Of a stretch of DNA of 64,000 bases, positions 9,671-19,280 are shown one piece after another. This stretch comes from Candidatus Staskawiczbacteria bacterium. GTDB taxonomy: Bacteria > Patescibacteriota > Minisyncoccia > Minisyncoccales > Staskawiczbacteraceae. The stretch is taken from NCBI GenBank assembly GCA_026395175.1, contig JAPLZF010000019.1:3115-67114 (forward strand), in the 5' to 3' direction. Both the position numbers and the translations under genes were made by a program. How positions within the stretch are numbered: the stretch's first letter is position 1; each line of letters begins with the position of its first letter. The notes under the pieces are model-generated. The model was given only the letters and a program-made list of their open reading frames with translations. It searched no databases and was not told the origin of the DNA.

Positions 9671-9974
9671 ATTTTTATGTTTTTTAATAATAATTTTTAA
9701 TTTTAACTAACTATTGACAAGGGTGTTTAATCTGATATACTTAATATAGTTATCAGGTTTTCGAACTCCGTTCGAAAGAATCCGCAAAAAACAATCTCTA
9801 ACTGGGGTTGTTTTTTGTTGTTTCTTTTTCTGATATAATTGAATTGCGGGGGTGGAGGGCATAGTTGCACGGTTGCAACCCTAACCTGATAACTTATGGA
9901 TTCTTTAATTAGAATGGAGTTCAACTCTCCTACCCTCCGCACAAGGAATTCGCAGAAATGCGGATTTTTTGTTG

Positions 9975-12900
9975 CTATTTTTTGTCGTCGCGGTTGTCGC
10001 GTCTGTTTTCTCGGTCATCTCGTTCCATACGAGGTCTTTCTTTAACTTCCACCGCCATGCCAAGTGATTTTAACTCGGCAACAAGCAAGTTAAAGGATGC
10101 TGGAATATTTGGATTTCTAATTGGCTCGCCTTTCAAAATTGATTCATAAGCTGCAGCCCTTCCTTGCACGTCGTCAGATTTTATGGTCAACATTTCTTGC
10201 AAAGTGTGTGCAACTCCGTAACCTTCCAAAGCCCAGACTTCCATTTCTCCAAATCTCTGGCCTCCAAACTGGGCTTTTCCTCCTAATGGCTGTTGAGTAA
10301 TTAATGAATAAGGACCAATTGACCTTGCATGGACTTTGTCGTCAACCATGTGAATCAATTTCATCACATACATATATCCCACTGTAATTGGCGTTGGAAA
10401 AGGTAATCCTGTTCTGCCGTCATAAACTGTAACCTGTCCAGACTCGGGCAAACCTGCCAATTTTAATTCTTCTTTCACGTCTTCCTGATTGGCTCCCAAT
10501 AATGCGGGAGAAATTGCAATGTAATTTAATTTATGGGCTGCCCAGCCTAAGTGAGTTTCCAAAATTTGTCCCAAATTCATACGAGAAGGAACAGACAATG
10601 GCGAGACTACCAAGTCAATTGGAGTTCCATCGGCCAAGAATGGCATTTCGTGCTCAGCCAAAATTTTTGAAACAACTCCTTTGTTTCCGTGCCTTCCCAC
10701 AAGCTTGTCTCCAACTTTTGCTTTTCTGGTTTCGGCGATTTCAACTTTAATTCTTTTTATAACTCCAGGCTCTAATTTGTGCCCAAGTTCTCTTGAAAAT
10801 ATTTTTACGTTGACAACTTTTCCTTTTTTTCCATGTTCCATTCTCAAAGAAGAATCTTTTACGTCTTTTGCCTTGTCTCCAAAAATTGCGCGAAGCAATC
10901 TTTCTTCCGGAGTCAGTTCTGCTTCTCCTTTTGGCGAAATTTTTCCAACCAAAATGTCATTTGGTCCAACTTCCGCCCCAACTCTTATAATTCCTTCTTC
11001 GTCCAAATCTTTCAATTTTTCTTCTCCAACATTTGGAATGTCTGAAGTTGTAACTTCAGGCCCAAGTTTTGTTTCCCGGACATCGCAAGTAAAATCTTCA
11101 ATGTGGATTGACGTAAATTCGTCTTCCTTTGTCAATCTTTCTGAAATGGTGATTGAGTCTTCAAACCCTCCTCCTCTTAAAGGCAAAAAGCAAACCAAAA
11201 CATTTCTGCCCAAGGCCAATCTGCCCTGTGAAATTGCAGCGCCGTCAGCCAACACATCGCCTTTCTTAACTTCTTCTCCCTTATAAACAATTGGTTTTTG
11301 ATGAAAGCATGAATATTGGTTTGTCCTAACAAAAGTCTGCAATTCGTAATCTTCCTCCCGCTTTTTTCCAGAAATATTATACTCAACTTTAATATGCTGT
11401 GCGTCAACCTCTTTTATAACTCCGGACGCTTGGGCCAAAATTACCTGCCCAGAATCGCGGGCAACATTTCTTTCTGTTCCTGTTCCAACCAATGGAGCTT
11501 CCGGTCTTATCAGCGGGACTGCCTGTCTTTGCATGTTTGAACCCATCAATGCCCTTGAAGCGTCGTCATGATTTAAAAACGGAATCAGCGAAGTGGCAAC
11601 CGAAATAAACTGCTTTGAAGAAACATCGCAATAATCAATTTCATCTATTTCAACTTCTTCCGGCTCGCCTTTTACTCTGGCTTCAACTTTGTTTGGTTCA
11701 ATTTCTGGAAGAATTTTTAATGCGTCTGTTAACGGCACCGATGCCGGCGCTATATTGTGCCTTTCTTCTTCCTGAGCTGACAAATAGTCAACTTGTTCGG
11801 TTACTTTGCCGTTTTTTACTTTAAAATATGGAGCCTCAATAAAGCCATAAGGATTTATTTTAGCAAAAGATGCCAAATGTCCCACCAGTCCAACGTTAGG
11901 ACCTTCCGGCGTTTCAATAGGACAAATCCTTCCATAGTGAGATGGCTGGACGTCCCTAACTTCAAATCCTGCTCTTTCCCGAGTCAAACCGCCAGGCCCG
12001 GTTGTTGTCAGACGTCTTTTGTGCTCCAATTCTGCCAATGGATTTTCGTTATCCATAAATTGGGAAAATGTCGAAGCAGTAAAAAATTCTTTTACAACAG
12101 CTATCAGCGGTCTTGGATTTATTAACTGAATAGGAGTTACTGTGTCGGCTTCCAAAGTGGACATTTTGTCTTTAATAATTCTTTCCATTCTCATCAAGCC
12201 AACTCTCAACCTGTTCTGCAAAAGCTCAGACAATGTCCTAACCCTTCTGTTTCCCAAATGGTCAACTTGGTCAGCTTTTGCGTCGGGGTCGTTATTCAAC
12301 CGAATAACTTCTTTAACAACTTCAACAATGTCATTTATGCTTAATATCCTGTCTTCTTTTGTAATTTCTTTATTTAAATTTTTCGGAGCCAAACCAGGCA
12401 GTCTCAGCCAAGTTTTCCATCTGCCGACTTTAGACAAGTCATACCTGTCAAAATTAAAAAACATTGAAAATATCAAATCTTGCGCCGTGTCCGGAGTAAC
12501 CAAATCGCCTGGCCTTAATCTTCTGTAAACTTCAACCAATGCTTCTTTCTGGTCTTTACAGGTGTCGCGTTTTAAAGTTTCTTTTATGTATTTTATTTCT
12601 CCTGTGTCAACATCTTTAAATGCTTTTTCAACCTTATCAACTCCGTCCAAGCCCAAAGCCATAAGCAAAGTTGTTGCCGGAACTTTTCTTTTTCTGTTTA
12701 TTTTTACTCCAATGAATCCAGATTCTTCTGTTTCAAATTCAAGCCAGGCTCCTCGGTTTGGAATAATTTTTGAGCCAAAATAATTTCTGCCACGAAATGT
12801 GCGGTTTGTAAAAAACGCTCCGGGGCTTCTGATAAGCTGTGAAACAACCACTCTTTCCACTCCGTTTACAACAAAAGTTCCCCTTTCTGTCATAACAGGG

Positions 12901-13235
12901 AAATCGGCAAGATATACTTCCTGCTCTTTAACTTCTTTTGTTTTTAAGTTTACAAGCTTAATTTTTACCCTTAAAGCAGCTTCCAAAGAATCGTTGTTCT
13001 TTTTGGCTTCCAGACCGTTTTTGTAATTCGGCTTTGCCAGTTTGTAATCGCCAAACCAAAGCTCGAATTCTTTTCCGGTATAGTCGCGAATTGGAGAAAT
13101 TTCTTCTAAAAGTTCTTTTACCCTGACTTTCCAAAAATCTTCCCATGTTTCCTTTTGCATCGTCAAAAGGTGGGGAGTTGAAAACTGAAGTTTAGATTTT
13201 GAAAAGTTCTTTACTTTGCTTATAATTTCTACCAT
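9975..13235 (-). CDS. rpoB: DNA-directed RNA polymerase subunit beta
   Basis: 1086-aa ORF; conserved RpoB blocks (GRHGNKGVVSKI, FGEMEVWALEGYGVAHTLQEMLT); TAG stop. Confidence 0.98.
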   Translation of the reverse strand: MVEIISKVKNFSKSKLQFSTPHLLTMQKETWEDFWKVRVKELLEEISPIRDYTGKEFELWFGDYKLAKPNYKNGLEAKKNNDSLEAALRVKIKLVNLKTKEVKEQEVYLADFPVMTERGTFVVNGVERVVVSQLIRSPGAFFTNRTFRGRNYFGSKIIPNRGAWLEFETEESGFIGVKINRKRKVPATTLLMALGLDGVDKVEKAFKDVDTGEIKYIKETLKRDTCKDQKEALVEVYRRLRPGDLVTPDTAQDLIFSMFFNFDRYDLSKVGRWKTWLRLPGLAPKNLNKEITKEDRILSINDIVEVVKEVIRLNNDPDAKADQVDHLGNRRVRTLSELLQNRLRVGLMRMERIIKDKMSTLEADTVTPIQLINPRPLIAVVKEFFTASTFSQFMDNENPLAELEHKRRLTTTGPGGLTRERAGFEVRDVQPSHYGRICPIETPEGPNVGLVGHLASFAKINPYGFIEAPYFKVKNGKVTEQVDYLSAQEEERHNIAPASVPLTDALKILPEIEPNKVEARVKGEPEEVEIDEIDYCDVSSKQFISVATSLIPFLNHDDASRALMGSNMQRQAVPLIRPEAPLVGTGTERNVARDSGQVILAQASGVIKEVDAQHIKVEYNISGKKREEDYELQTFVRTNQYSCFHQKPIVYKGEEVKKGDVLADGAAISQGRLALGRNVLVCFLPLRGGGFEDSITISERLTKEDEFTSIHIEDFTCDVRETKLGPEVTTSDIPNVGEEKLKDLDEEGIIRVGAEVGPNDILVGKISPKGEAELTPEERLLRAIFGDKAKDVKDSSLRMEHGKKGKVVNVKIFSRELGHKLEPGVIKRIKVEIAETRKAKVGDKLVGRHGNKGVVSKILAEHEMPFLADGTPIDLVVSPLSVPSRMNLGQILETHLGWAAHKLNYIAISPALLGANQEDVKEELKLAGLPESGQVTVYDGRTGLPFPTPITVGYMYVMKLIHMVDDKVHARSIGPYSLITQQPLGGKAQFGGQRFGEMEVWALEGYGVAHTLQEMLTIKSDDVQGRAAAYESILKGEPIRNPNIPASFNLLVAELKSLGMAVEVKERPRMERDDRENRRDNRDDKK

Positions 13236-13417
13236 TATAAATTTTTTGTAGAAAGAGTTCGATTCTACAGATTAAAATGTTTTAATAAAAAAAATTCCGA
13301 ACGCAATAAAAAATCGCCGGACGAGGTTTTTATTTTTTCTCTAGAGTAAAGTAGCCACTTCTTTTTATATAACTATATCTTATTCTATTTAATATAAGGT
13401 GTCAAGGGGTTAATATC

Positions 13418-14509
13418 CTATCGCCTGATTTTGATGCTTTGGAGGATGCCAAGGCAAATAAAGTTGCCGATTAAGCCCGAGCCTCCATAACTGATAAACG
13501 GCAAATAAATTCCCACAACCGGCAACAAAGAAAGGTTCATTCCAATGTTAATAAAAAACTGGGCGGTCAAAATTATTGCAAAGCCCGAAGCAAAAAGCCG
13601 GGGAAAATTAGACTTTGACATAATTGCAATTTTTAAAACTCGCCAAACCAAAAACCCATAAATTGCAAACAAAAATATAACTCCGATTATTCCCCACTCT
13701 TCGGCAATTACAGAAAAAATAAAATCTGTGTGAGGCTCGGGCAAAAATCCGTATTGCACCTGGCTCCCCTTTGCCATTCCCTGCCCTAAAATTTGACCAG
13801 AACCAATTGAAATTTTTGTTTGGTTTTGACTCCACGAAGCGCCCAAATAATCATAGGGAAACAAAAAAGATGTAATGCGTTGTTTTTGATAATCGTGAAG
13901 CAAAAAACCCCAGGCAAACCCGGCCACCAGCAAAAAACATAAAGACAAAATTAAAAAGTGTTTTAGCTTAATCCCTGAAACCAGTAAAATTCCCAGCCAA
14001 ATCAGCAGTAAAACCATGGTTCCGCCCAAATCCGGTTTTATGAAAACCAGCAAGGCAGGAGTTAAAACATATAAGCCGGAAAAAATAATGTTCCTAAATT
14101 TATACATTTCAACGTGACGCATTGAAAAATATTTTGCCAGCAGAACAACCAAAACAATTTTTGTCGGCTCAATCGGGTCTAAAGACAAAATTCCAACTTT
14201 GTACCAGCCCCTGGTGCCTCTTATCACCGGCGCAAAAAAATGAAGTCCCGCCAGCATCAACAAGCAAATTGCGTATAAAATTAAAATTAAATAAGAATTG
14301 TTTCTTAAAATTCTGTAGTCAAAAAAACTGAACAAAATCATCAGTAAAAACCCTATAACAAAAAAAACAATCTGCTTCTCAAAATTAGAAAAATTGTTTT
14401 TTGCCACGCAGGTTGACCAAATTCCAGCTAATCCAAAACAAACCAGCAAAATTGCCGGTATTATTATCCCCCAATCAAGTTTTCTCAACTGACTTGTTAA
14501 AATCCCCAT
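13418..14509 (-). CDS. SEDS-family peptidoglycan polymerase (FtsW/RodA)
   Basis: 363-aa polytopic membrane ORF; PEPHTDFIFSVIAEEWG and LPFISYGGS motifs typical of FtsW/RodA/SpoVE. Confidence 0.85.
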   Translation of the reverse strand: MGILTSQLRKLDWGIIIPAILLVCFGLAGIWSTCVAKNNFSNFEKQIVFFVIGFLLMILFSFFDYRILRNNSYLILILYAICLLMLAGLHFFAPVIRGTRGWYKVGILSLDPIEPTKIVLVVLLAKYFSMRHVEMYKFRNIIFSGLYVLTPALLVFIKPDLGGTMVLLLIWLGILLVSGIKLKHFLILSLCFLLVAGFAWGFLLHDYQKQRITSFLFPYDYLGASWSQNQTKISIGSGQILGQGMAKGSQVQYGFLPEPHTDFIFSVIAEEWGIIGVIFLFAIYGFLVWRVLKIAIMSKSNFPRLFASGFAIILTAQFFINIGMNLSLLPVVGIYLPFISYGGSGLIGNFICLGILQSIKIRR

Positions 14510-16521
14510 TATTTTACTAATTTCAAAAATTCTTTTTCAGAAAGCGTTTTTACTCCAAGTTTTTTGGCCTTATCTGCCTTGCTTCCTGGTTCTAACCCTA
14601 CCACAACATAACTTGTTTTTGAAGATACAGATTCAGAAATATCCCCGCCCAATTCCCTAATTTTTGCTTTTGCTTCGTCACGACTCATTGATTCTAAAGT
14701 TCCGGTCAAAACAAAACTTGACCCGCTCAACTTTTGGGTTTTGGGTTTTGGGTTTTGAGTTTTAACAAATTTTTGGAGTTTCTCTAAAAATTTGACATTG
14801 TCTTTTTCTTCAAACCACTCATAAATAGACTTTGAAACAATTGGCCCAATATCTGAAATTTTATCAAAATCCTCCAGTTTTGCTTCTTTAATTTTTTTGA
14901 TGCTTCCAAAATGTTTTGCCAGGTCAATTGCTGTTTCTTCTCCAACGTTGCGAATTCCCAAGGCATAAATAAATCTCGATAAAGCAATTTCCCGTTTTTC
15001 CTGAATTGATTTTATTAAGTTTTCAGCTGACTTTTCCGCAAATCTCTCCAAACCTTTTAAATCACCTTCTTTTAACTCAAATAAGTCTGCCGGCGTCTGC
15101 ACCAGTCCTTCATCCAGCAACTTGTCTATAATTTTTGGCCCCAAGCCGTCCATGTTAAAAGCAGCGCGAGAAACAAAATGGTAGAAATTCCTTCTTTTCT
15201 GCGCAAAGCAGTTTTTGTTGGGACAACGCAAAAGCACTTCTCCCTCAACTTTTTCTAATTTTGTTCCGCAGGAAGGACATTTTTCCGGCATTTTAAAATT
15301 TTTCTCGTGGCCGGTTCGCAATTCCGGCAAAACTTTTATAATATCCGGAATTACGTCGCCTGCTCTACCAACAATCACCGTGTCGCCAATTTTCAGGCCC
15401 AGTCTTTTTATTTCGTCTTCATTGTGCAAAGTTGCCCTTGAAATTGTAATTCCTGTAACTTGCACAGGTTCTAAAATTGCCACCGGTGTCATGGCTCCTG
15501 TTCTGCCAACCTGCACTATTACGTCTAAAACTTTTGTGGTTGACTGCGCCTGAGGAAATTTATAGGCAATGGCGCCCCGCGGAGCTTTGCCCACAAAACC
15601 CAATTTTTCAAAAATTTCATTATTGTTTATTATCACAACAATTCCGTCAATTTCGTAATCCAGCTTTTCCCTTCCTTTTATCCAGTGTTCTCTGAAATGC
15701 AAAACTTCCTCTAAACTTTTACAATATTTGTTGTGCTTATTTGTTTTAAAGCCTAAATCTTTTAAAATTTTGTGAGTTTGCTCGTGGGTTGCCTGGCTAA
15801 AATTAGTTTTTAAGTCATATATAAAAGAATCCAGTTTTCTTAAAGCAGTAATTTTGGGGTCTAATTGCCTCACAGAACCTGCTGCAATATTTCTTGGATT
15901 TGCATAAACTGCCAAGCCTTTTTCTTTTTGTTCTTTGTTTATTCTTTTAAATTCTTTTTTAGTAATAAAAACTTCCCCCCGCACAACTAAAGTTTTGGGG
16001 ACGTCCGACGTCCCACCGGACGTCGGACGTCCTAAGACTAATGGGATTGCTTCAACTGTTTTTAGGTTTTGTGTAATATCTTCTCCAATATTTCCATCTC
16101 CCCTTGTAGAACCTGTTTGTAAAAATCCGTCTTTATAAATTAATTCAATTGCCAGGCCGTCAATTTTTAATTCGCAATAATAATTTATTTTATTTTTGTC
16201 TTTTTCAGGAACTAATTTTATAAATCTTTCCTGCCAATCTGTAATATCGTCTTTTGAAAATGCGTCGTTAAAAGAAAGCATTCTTTGGCTATGCCTTATT
16301 TTTTTAAACTCTTTTAAGGGCTGGCCTCCCACTCTTTGCGTTGGCGAATCTTGTGTAATTAAATCTGGAAATTGGTTTTCCAAATCAAAAAGTTCCTTTT
16401 TTAAAGAATCCAAAGCAGAATCGGAAATTTCCTGTCGGTCTTGTACATGATAAAGATAACGATGATGATTTATCGTTTTTCTTAATTTTTCAATTCTTTG
16501 TTTTATTTCTTGCTTATCCAT
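14509..16521 (-). CDS. ligA: NAD-dependent DNA ligase LigA
   Basis: 670-aa ORF; adenylation motif CELKIDG, Zn finger CPSCGTKLEKVEGEVLLRCPNKNC, HhH and C-terminal BRCT (FVLTGTLESMSRDEAK). Confidence 0.96.
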   Translation of the reverse strand: MDKQEIKQRIEKLRKTINHHRYLYHVQDRQEISDSALDSLKKELFDLENQFPDLITQDSPTQRVGGQPLKEFKKIRHSQRMLSFNDAFSKDDITDWQERFIKLVPEKDKNKINYYCELKIDGLAIELIYKDGFLQTGSTRGDGNIGEDITQNLKTVEAIPLVLGRPTSGGTSDVPKTLVVRGEVFITKKEFKRINKEQKEKGLAVYANPRNIAAGSVRQLDPKITALRKLDSFIYDLKTNFSQATHEQTHKILKDLGFKTNKHNKYCKSLEEVLHFREHWIKGREKLDYEIDGIVVIINNNEIFEKLGFVGKAPRGAIAYKFPQAQSTTKVLDVIVQVGRTGAMTPVAILEPVQVTGITISRATLHNEDEIKRLGLKIGDTVIVGRAGDVIPDIIKVLPELRTGHEKNFKMPEKCPSCGTKLEKVEGEVLLRCPNKNCFAQKRRNFYHFVSRAAFNMDGLGPKIIDKLLDEGLVQTPADLFELKEGDLKGLERFAEKSAENLIKSIQEKREIALSRFIYALGIRNVGEETAIDLAKHFGSIKKIKEAKLEDFDKISDIGPIVSKSIYEWFEEKDNVKFLEKLQKFVKTQNPKPKTQKLSGSSFVLTGTLESMSRDEAKAKIRELGGDISESVSSKTSYVVVGLEPGSKADKAKKLGVKTLSEKEFLKLVK
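14732..14766. repeat. Heptanucleotide tandem repeat (TTTTGGG x3 then TTTTGAG, TTTTAAC) inside ligA
   Basis: read directly; encodes KTQNPKPKTQK linker just before the BRCT domain. Confidence 0.85.
15997..16032. repeat. GC-rich palindrome family 1 (REP-like) doublet inside ligA
   Basis: GGGGACGTCCGACGTCCCACCGGACGTCGGACGTCC; encodes GRPTSGGTSDVP in frame. Confidence 0.9.
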
Positions 16522-16530
16522 ATTTAAGAA

Positions 16531-17334
16531 TTATTCAGGAATAGCAGCAATGCTTGTGCAATAACCATTATTGTTATTAACAGCGGCAATGCTTACATAA
16601 TAAGTTACTCCTATTGTTCCTTCTTGCCACACCTTTTTATAATGGCCCTGCCCTTGAGCCGTAAGTTGCACCGTATCTACAAGAGTTCCGTCTTGATATT
16701 GTACATAGGCTGTAACTGTCACATCATTACCATACGGACTAACAGTAGCTGAAATGGTTATTTTCCCGTTATTGCTGACAACGCTAACCGCATTTGTTAT
16801 GCTCGGGCCCAAATCGGCTCTGACTTCTCTTGTGATATTTAAATTCACAGCCCTGTTTGCATCTGCATAAGTCCCGTATGATTGCAGATACCCTCCGGAC
16901 AGTTTGCAGAATTCTCCGGAAAGCAAAGAAATATTGACAACCTCATTATAATATTTTTGCGGATCAGAATTCATATTAGTTTTAAAAACAATACGGCAAT
17001 CTGTGCAGTTTGCGCAACCGTCTGCAGAATTAGGAGTGGCAGAACAAGTATCGCATCCTGTTGTGAAAATATCTGACGCGCAGTAATTCAATGCCGCGCA
17101 AATATTGCAAACACCTCTTGACGCGCCGTCCGGTATAACTTGCCTGTCGTAATAAAGAACTTTTTCAGCTCCGCTGTCGGCTACATAAAAAGCTATTGTG
17201 GAATTGCCTATATTTCTTGCAATTTTTATCTCGCTGTATAAAAGAGCGCTTACAGACAAAACCACAGATAGGATAATTACCATTATGAAAAAAATGATTA
17301 TTAATGATACCCCTTTTTGCAAATTATTCAACAT
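16531..17334 (-). CDS. Putative PilX-like minor pilin / pilus-associated protein
   Basis: 267-aa ORF; N-terminal hydrophobic helix (GVSLIIIFFIMVIILSVVLSV) as in the PilX N-terminal domain, Cys-rich C-terminal part; last gene of minor-pilin run. Confidence 0.5.
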   Translation of the reverse strand: MLNNLQKGVSLIIIFFIMVIILSVVLSVSALLYSEIKIARNIGNSTIAFYVADSGAEKVLYYDRQVIPDGASRGVCNICAALNYCASDIFTTGCDTCSATPNSADGCANCTDCRIVFKTNMNSDPQKYYNEVVNISLLSGEFCKLSGGYLQSYGTYADANRAVNLNITREVRADLGPSITNAVSVVSNNGKITISATVSPYGNDVTVTAYVQYQDGTLVDTVQLTAQGQGHYKKVWQEGTIGVTYYVSIAAVNNNNGYCTSIAAIPE

Positions 17335-17345
17335 TTATAAAATTA

Positions 17346-17975
17346 TTACTTAACATTAAGATTTCTTTGCGAAACCGTTATTTGAACCGGCATAGCCGAC
17401 TCGCCCAAAACATTGATATTAAAAAATATAGTCAATCGGGGCTGGACATTATCTGCATTTGAAACTCCATCACTCAGACCTCCGTTAAAATAAACATTGG
17501 CAGAAGTTATCTGCAAGTTGCCAGAAATAATAGGCGCGGCGTCATCATCATTGCCATTGCTGACGCCATTGGCGCCTTTCAATTCTTTCAAAACCATTGG
17601 AGAATTCAAATCTCCGTGGATGTAATTATCAAAGAAAAATTCCTGGCAGTAGCCGTTTGACTGGTTTATAAATTTTATGCCTCCCGATGCGCTGGTGCGG
17701 GTAAGCAGATAAATGTATCCCATATGGTCTTCTCCCAAACAGTTTCCTGAAACATCTGTTGTTGCCATTCTCAAAGCTTTTGACATATATTCTTCAGCAT
17801 AACTGACTTGGTTTAGAAGCTGCTGTTGCGCCAAAACTTTTTTCTGCTGGCCGACAATAGAAAGAAAAATGCCAATAGCCACTCCGACAATAAACAAAAA
17901 CACAGCCATAACCACAATAAGCTCAACAATGGTAAACCCCTTATTATTCTTAAATTTTAAATTATAAATTGTCAT
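17346..17975 (-). CDS. Type IV minor pilin (PilW-like), prepilin-type N-terminal methylation motif
   Basis: NNKGFTIVELIVVMAV class III signal peptide. Confidence 0.75.
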   Translation of the reverse strand: MTIYNLKFKNNKGFTIVELIVVMAVFLFIVGVAIGIFLSIVGQQKKVLAQQQLLNQVSYAEEYMSKALRMATTDVSGNCLGEDHMGYIYLLTRTSASGGIKFINQSNGYCQEFFFDNYIHGDLNSPMVLKELKGANGVSNGNDDDAAPIISGNLQITSANVYFNGGLSDGVSNADNVQPRLTIFFNINVLGESAMPVQITVSQRNLNVK

Positions 17976-18643
17976 TAGTGGTTTATATAATTATACCAGT
18001 CATATAATGTTCCTTCTGTTGAAATGCAATTAGATGGGCCGCAACCATCGCTTTGAGCTGTAACTCCGGGACTTAAAATAGTTGATTTTTTATCCCAAAA
18101 AACTTCTACAGTAACTTTTATGATATGGTCTGACTTTCCATCAATATCTTCAACCGGAGAAATTATAATTTTTCTTTGAAACTTGGTAATTGTGGCATTG
18201 TTTTGATTATATCCATAAAAACCATTTTCATTATTTATATAAAGATATTCTCCTGAATTGCCGGACATGCTTGTTTTAGAAGTATAATCTGCCTCGCATC
18301 CTGTATTAATATTGCTGCAGGCGCTAATTTCGCTAAACCCGTCCAACCAAGAAGCCGGGCACGACACGCCGTCAGGAAGAGGAGTAACGCCCGAAGCGCA
18401 AATATCCATATGTAGCCAATTCGTGTCTCTTATGTTTCTGACTATTTCCATTCCCTCTTGCGCCAAATAAGTTGCCGTAAGCCTGTCCGATGAATCTGAA
18501 GTCAAAACAACAACCATTGAAAAAATGCTGAAAATTCCTATGACGCCCACAGACAAAACAAAAATAGAAATAATCAATTCTATTATTGTAAATCCCGTTT
18601 CTTCTTTGAAATTAAAATTCATAAAGTAAAATTTATGGGACAA
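17975..18643 (-). CDS. Type IV minor pilin (PilV-like)
   Basis: EETGFTIIELIISIFVLSVG prepilin motif. Confidence 0.75.
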   Translation of the reverse strand: MSHKFYFMNFNFKEETGFTIIELIISIFVLSVGVIGIFSIFSMVVVLTSDSSDRLTATYLAQEGMEIVRNIRDTNWLHMDICASGVTPLPDGVSCPASWLDGFSEISACSNINTGCEADYTSKTSMSGNSGEYLYINNENGFYGYNQNNATITKFQRKIIISPVEDIDGKSDHIIKVTVEVFWDKKSTILSPGVTAQSDGCGPSNCISTEGTLYDWYNYINH

Positions 18644-19280
18644 TATTTATAAGTCCCGATGTATTTACAAAAACTTTTCTGGCTGACAATCCGTTGTTCA
18701 AGACAATGTTAATTCCAGATTGCCCTAAATTAAGAGTATCTATTGTTGTAATCGGGTCTGGCGGAGTGAAATTTACGCTGGCATAACTACCCATAATATT
18801 TTCAATGCCTTCAATGTATAAACTTGGATTTTCCTTGCTCACATCAATTTCGTCTATAACGCAATCGGTCGCAAGCGGATATATAATTGGGTTTCCCTGG
18901 TCGGCTTCATCGCAAAAAGGATATGACAGGTCGCCACTATATTTTTTATCTCCGTTTACATCGGCATATATCACATATTTTATATTTTCGCGCGGGTTTG
19001 TATTGCTGACATCAAAATAAATTCCGTATCCTTCCACTGTTATCGGCTGGCCGTTTGTGTCATTCAATTTAATTCCGGACAATCCCAAATCCTGAGTTCT
19101 TCTCAAATCCTGCGCCAGCTTATAAGCAGCTCTGGAAAGCGCATATTGCTTTTGAATTCTGGGAAAATCAGAAATTACAATAAGCGAAAACAAAGCAATT
19201 ATAAAAATCATAACAACGATTTCGACGAGAGTAATTCCTTTGCTATATTTTTTTAAATTTGAAAAAAATTTAGATACCAT
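18633..19280 (-). CDS. Type IV minor pilin (GspH/FimT-like)
   Basis: SKGITLVEIVVMIFIIALFS prepilin motif. Confidence 0.7.
   Translation of the reverse strand: MVSKFFSNLKKYSKGITLVEIVVMIFIIALFSLIVISDFPRIQKQYALSRAAYKLAQDLRRTQDLGLSGIKLNDTNGQPITVEGYGIYFDVSNTNPRENIKYVIYADVNGDKKYSGDLSYPFCDEADQGNPIIYPLATDCVIDEIDVSKENPSLYIEGIENIMGSYASVNFTPPDPITTIDTLNLGQSGINIVLNNGLSARKVFVNTSGLINIVP

Noticed and set aside
10681-11286. 201-aa plus-strand ORF, and many other 60-130-aa ORFs antisense to rpoB, rpoC, ftsK, ligA, pilB, gyrA, recG and valS
   Set aside because: They lie entirely inside well-supported conserved genes on the opposite strand. They have low-complexity Ser/Phe/Leu/Pro-rich translations and no RBS or motifs, which is the typical antisense ORF noise of AT-rich coding DNA.
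14732-14766. TTTTGGG repeats as telomere-like sequence
   Set aside because: The repeats are internal to an intact ligA reading frame, with only 3-5 units. There is no evidence of a chromosome end.
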